From assembly GCF_009914755.1 (NCBI RefSeq), contig NC_060931.1: a stretch of 64,000 nt of DNA, one strand, 5' to 3'. Under the pieces are notes generated by a model, which was not told the DNA's origin, did no database searches, and was given only the letters and a program-made list of their open reading frames with translations. This document shows, piece after piece, positions 60,787 to 64,000 of this stretch (position 1 is its first letter; each line of letters starts with the position of its first letter). A program made the position numbers and the translations under genes. Source of the stretch: the human T2T-CHM13v2.0 reference genome, Homo sapiens.

Positions 60787-61737
60787 TTTCATTTTAAATA
60801 AGAAGCTTATTTAAACAACAAGATGCTTGACTTGAAGGGAAAACTAATTAGGATTTTTTTTTAAGAGTAATTTATCCCTGCCTAAAGACAGATTGACCTA
60901 CATGTAACAGCTACATGCAAAAAGTTATAAAATTGTCTTTGGTTTTACAACGATATATGAAAAACATTAAAATTCTCCAACTGAACAAAGTATGCAGGAA
61001 TTTGTATGCTTTTTTTGTTGTTAAAACGGTGAGAGCAAAATAACTTACTGGAATATAAAGATAAGAGCTGAATGAGCATGCCGCTAATGGAGAAAGGGGG
61101 TATTTTCACAGAATCAGTATTTTTCCCCATCCTGTCTCCACTTGATGTCAACCAAAATATACCATTCGCTGTTTAATTAAAAAAATGCAATATGCTTGTG
61201 CACATATACCAGCTACTTTATGTATAATAAAGGAATGGAGAAGGGGGAAATGAAAGAATAGAGAAAACTATACTGTAGCAGTCAGGATGTGGTGGAACCA
61301 AATTGCAGTTTTCTAACTGAGAATGTCATCTTGGTCTGTAAAGAACAGAGTTCTGGAGGAAAGAAGTAGGCTGCCTTCTCAGTAGACACTCCCGTCTGCT
61401 GTTGGAACACATCAATTGTACCTTCATCCTCCATTTCCAACTGCGCAGTTACATGTGTTTCATTGATTGGTTACCAGTCAAATTGGAATCTGATCCGCCT
61501 CGTTGACAATCCCTGTCATTCACAGTAGGCGTTCATTAATTTACTAAGTGGCGTATGCCTCTTAATCTTAAACTGCACCACAGAATCATCCTGTCCCACC
61601 ACCTTCAAATTAATATGATCGTTGTTTTCAGTCTTAACTCCTTCGTTGGAATTTTTGTTGGCCATGACGAGCACCAGAGTCTCCTCAGCTTAAAAGAGGT
61701 ACCAGGTCCACACTGAGCGAGCATAGCAGTGGCAGCC
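60787..61737 (-). pseudogene. SUMO2P: SUMO2 processed pseudogene (CDS remnant 61379-61665)
   Basis: My translation from ATG 61665: [90 protein letters not shown], then a frameshift. Intronless, with 5'UTR and a long SUMO2-like 3'UTR; inserted in an L1. Confidence 0.96.
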
Positions 61738-63509
61738 ATATGTGTTTATAATGGTTATTATTTACTGGTAGACTGACCCTTTTATTATCATAAAATGTCC
61801 TTCATTTCTAACAGCCTTTTCTGTTTTAATGTCTATTTAGTCTGATCCTAATATAAGCACTCCACCTCTCTCATGAATGCTGTTAGCACACTATTTTTCC
61901 ATCCTTTCATTTTAACCCTTGTGTATCACTGAATCTAAAATGTTTCTCTTGTAGATAGCATATCCTTTGTTCTTCTTTTAAAATTCAGTCTGATAATCTC
62001 TGTTTTGATTGGCTTATTTAATCCATTCATATTCTACTCTGCTTCTCTTGGAGTGACATGCCTGCCCTACAAGAGTAGCATTTGGTCTTCTGGGCTTGTC
62101 CCTCCTGGTGTGGAATCTCTGCCCTATCAGCAAGTTTTGATGGAATCAATCAGAGCCTCAGTATTGTCAGCCTGCTGTGCCTGGGGTAGACATTTAGACA
62201 TTCTGCCCTACATGGAAGAGCAATTGGGGGAATGGAACTTCATCCTTTGAGCCACGCCTGCCTGAAATTCCAGGGAGCATGGGAAATGCCGGTTGCCTAC
62301 CCCTCTCAAAATGAAACTGTAACCCTAAATGGAAAGCCAGGTAGAGAGAGAGCACCTGTCTTGTCTGCACCTGCCCAGGGCAGAACACACGTAGTCAAGT
62401 TACACAGAACTGGGGTGGGCGAGCAGCTTAAATGCTTCAGACTCAGGCTGTTCTTACTGAGATTTCCTAGTTTTCTTAAATGAATATTTCTCCATTTGCT
62501 AAATGCCCTTAGAACAATTTGTAGACATTTTAGGTAATTGTTTAAAAAATGATTTTTCACTAGTTAAGTGGTTTATTTTTTTTCTGGGGAGAGAGTTACT
62601 ATGCTCTTTCTGCTGCCATTCTAGAATTACACCTCTAAAGACAACACTGAACTATTTAGAATAAAGCATTTTTTTTCAATTGCCTGCCCTTGTGAGCTAA
62701 AAATTACAATTTTTATTCAATGTAAAGTTCTAGCTCAAGTATCTTTATTTGTGACAAATGATACTGAGTCCCTCGATGTTATTAAATATTTGGAATTCTA
62801 CATTTTTGTTATAACGTCTTGATTCAGAGAAGAAAGTAAGTTATATGGCTGCAGTTCTTGTTCCATGAATATTTAGCTCAACGATTTGTGAGTTTTTATT
62901 AACAAAATGCCTTTGGACCAATAGTCCTGTAATAAACTTAAACCCTCAATTTAGTCTTAGCGACAAATTTGTCATTTTGTATTTGTTCCCTAAAGGGAAA
63001 TTTAGTCTAGCTAGAGTATATCGGGGGTTTTATGACAAGACACCAAAGCTGTGTAGCTCCTTAAATACTTAATCATGTGTGTATTCTATTCAAATACTTT
63101 AAGATTTTTATGTTTGCTGGATAATTTATCTAATCTTTTTTATCCCCGCTGTTAATGGTAAACCAATAACTGAAAGAAATCAAGGCTAAGAGCCAAGTTA
63201 CCTTTATGCTGTGCTATATTCTTTGATCTTTGCTGAAATTGAGTGGGGCAGGGATATATTTTTCCCTTGGCCCTTTAAAGATTATTTATAAAAATTGTTG
63301 TTATCTTTCATATATTTAACATACACACTGGATGTGTGTATTTCCCATATAATCTCTGAATCATTGAAACTTATGGATAATCCATTTAAACTACACTTAC
63401 TAAGTAAGTGGTCTGCTGAAAACACATTCATGTGGGCCGTAGCTTTTAAGCAGGTTTTAGTTTAATCATTTAGGCTCATAAGAAGCCAGCTAATTACTCC
63501 TTCCCTTTC

Positions 63510-63620
63510 CTCCATAAACCAACAAGCTTATTGAAGACTTACTGTGGGTTATACTCCAAGTGGGATCGTAGGGATACACAGAAAGATTAAACTGAGCTTT
63601 GCCTGCAGGGATCATTGTCT
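63510..63620 (-). mobile_element. L2 3' fragment
   Basis: caacaagcttattgaagacttactgtg...agggatacaca. Confidence 0.4.
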
Positions 63621-64000
63621 CAGGCAGGCTAAGTTGCATGCGTTAAATTATTAAGTAAATGAAAGTTTGTTGTTGTGTTTCTGATTTTCTCTTTCCTTTC
63701 TACTGGGTTACCTCTTTCTCTTATCAAGTATGATCTGCCCTCTTTTCTTGCTCTTCTTTTCATGCTTTCAAACACTGATTTAGAAAGGCATGCTCACTAC
63801 ATGAATCTAAGTTGATGCCTGTCTTCTGAAGGAATCTGTGGGGCCAGGAATTATGGTTGTACCGGCAGTGCCCTATGCAAGAGCACCTGGCCAAGGGGGC
63901 AACTGGCTGGGCTGAATCCAGGCCACTCTCCACTTGCCAAGTCCTGAATCTCTGTGGATGTTTTAAGGAAATAGGGGTGCCATTTATAACTTCTGTGCCT

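Noticed and set aside
63880-63905. CTCF-like motif (tggccaagggggcaac); weaker ones near 5445 and 43915
   Set aside because: Core mismatches; cannot be supported without PWM scoring or ChIP data.

Overview
Repeat-rich primate (human-like) non-coding DNA with no supportable protein-coding gene. The long ORFs are LINE-1 ORF1/ORF2 remnants, an ERVL pol remnant, Alu read-throughs or microsatellite artefacts. It holds about 13 Alus, MaLR/ERVL/ERV1 LTRs, DNA-transposon MITEs (MER2, MER5, MADE1, MER53), a 31/33/35-bp minisatellite, microsatellites and an inactivated SUMO2 processed pseudogene (minus strand, ~60.8-61.7 kb). I found no new biological system, but several retrotransposition and repair events can be read directly from the sequence: (1) a TSD-flanked L1PA4/5 whose 5'UTR lost ~0.5 kb exactly at the known L1 splice donor/acceptor (SpIRE97/622 type); (2) an L1PA10-like insertion with a twin-primed 5' inversion and an apparent 3' transduction of an MST LTR ending at that LTR's own poly(A) signal, later invaded by a full-length L1PB; (3) two short locally templated insertions copied from ~1.1 kb away; (4) a minisatellite carrying eight perfect Kozak sequences; (5) a MADE1 split by an Alu. 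Subfamily names come from recalled consensus sequences, not from a database search.
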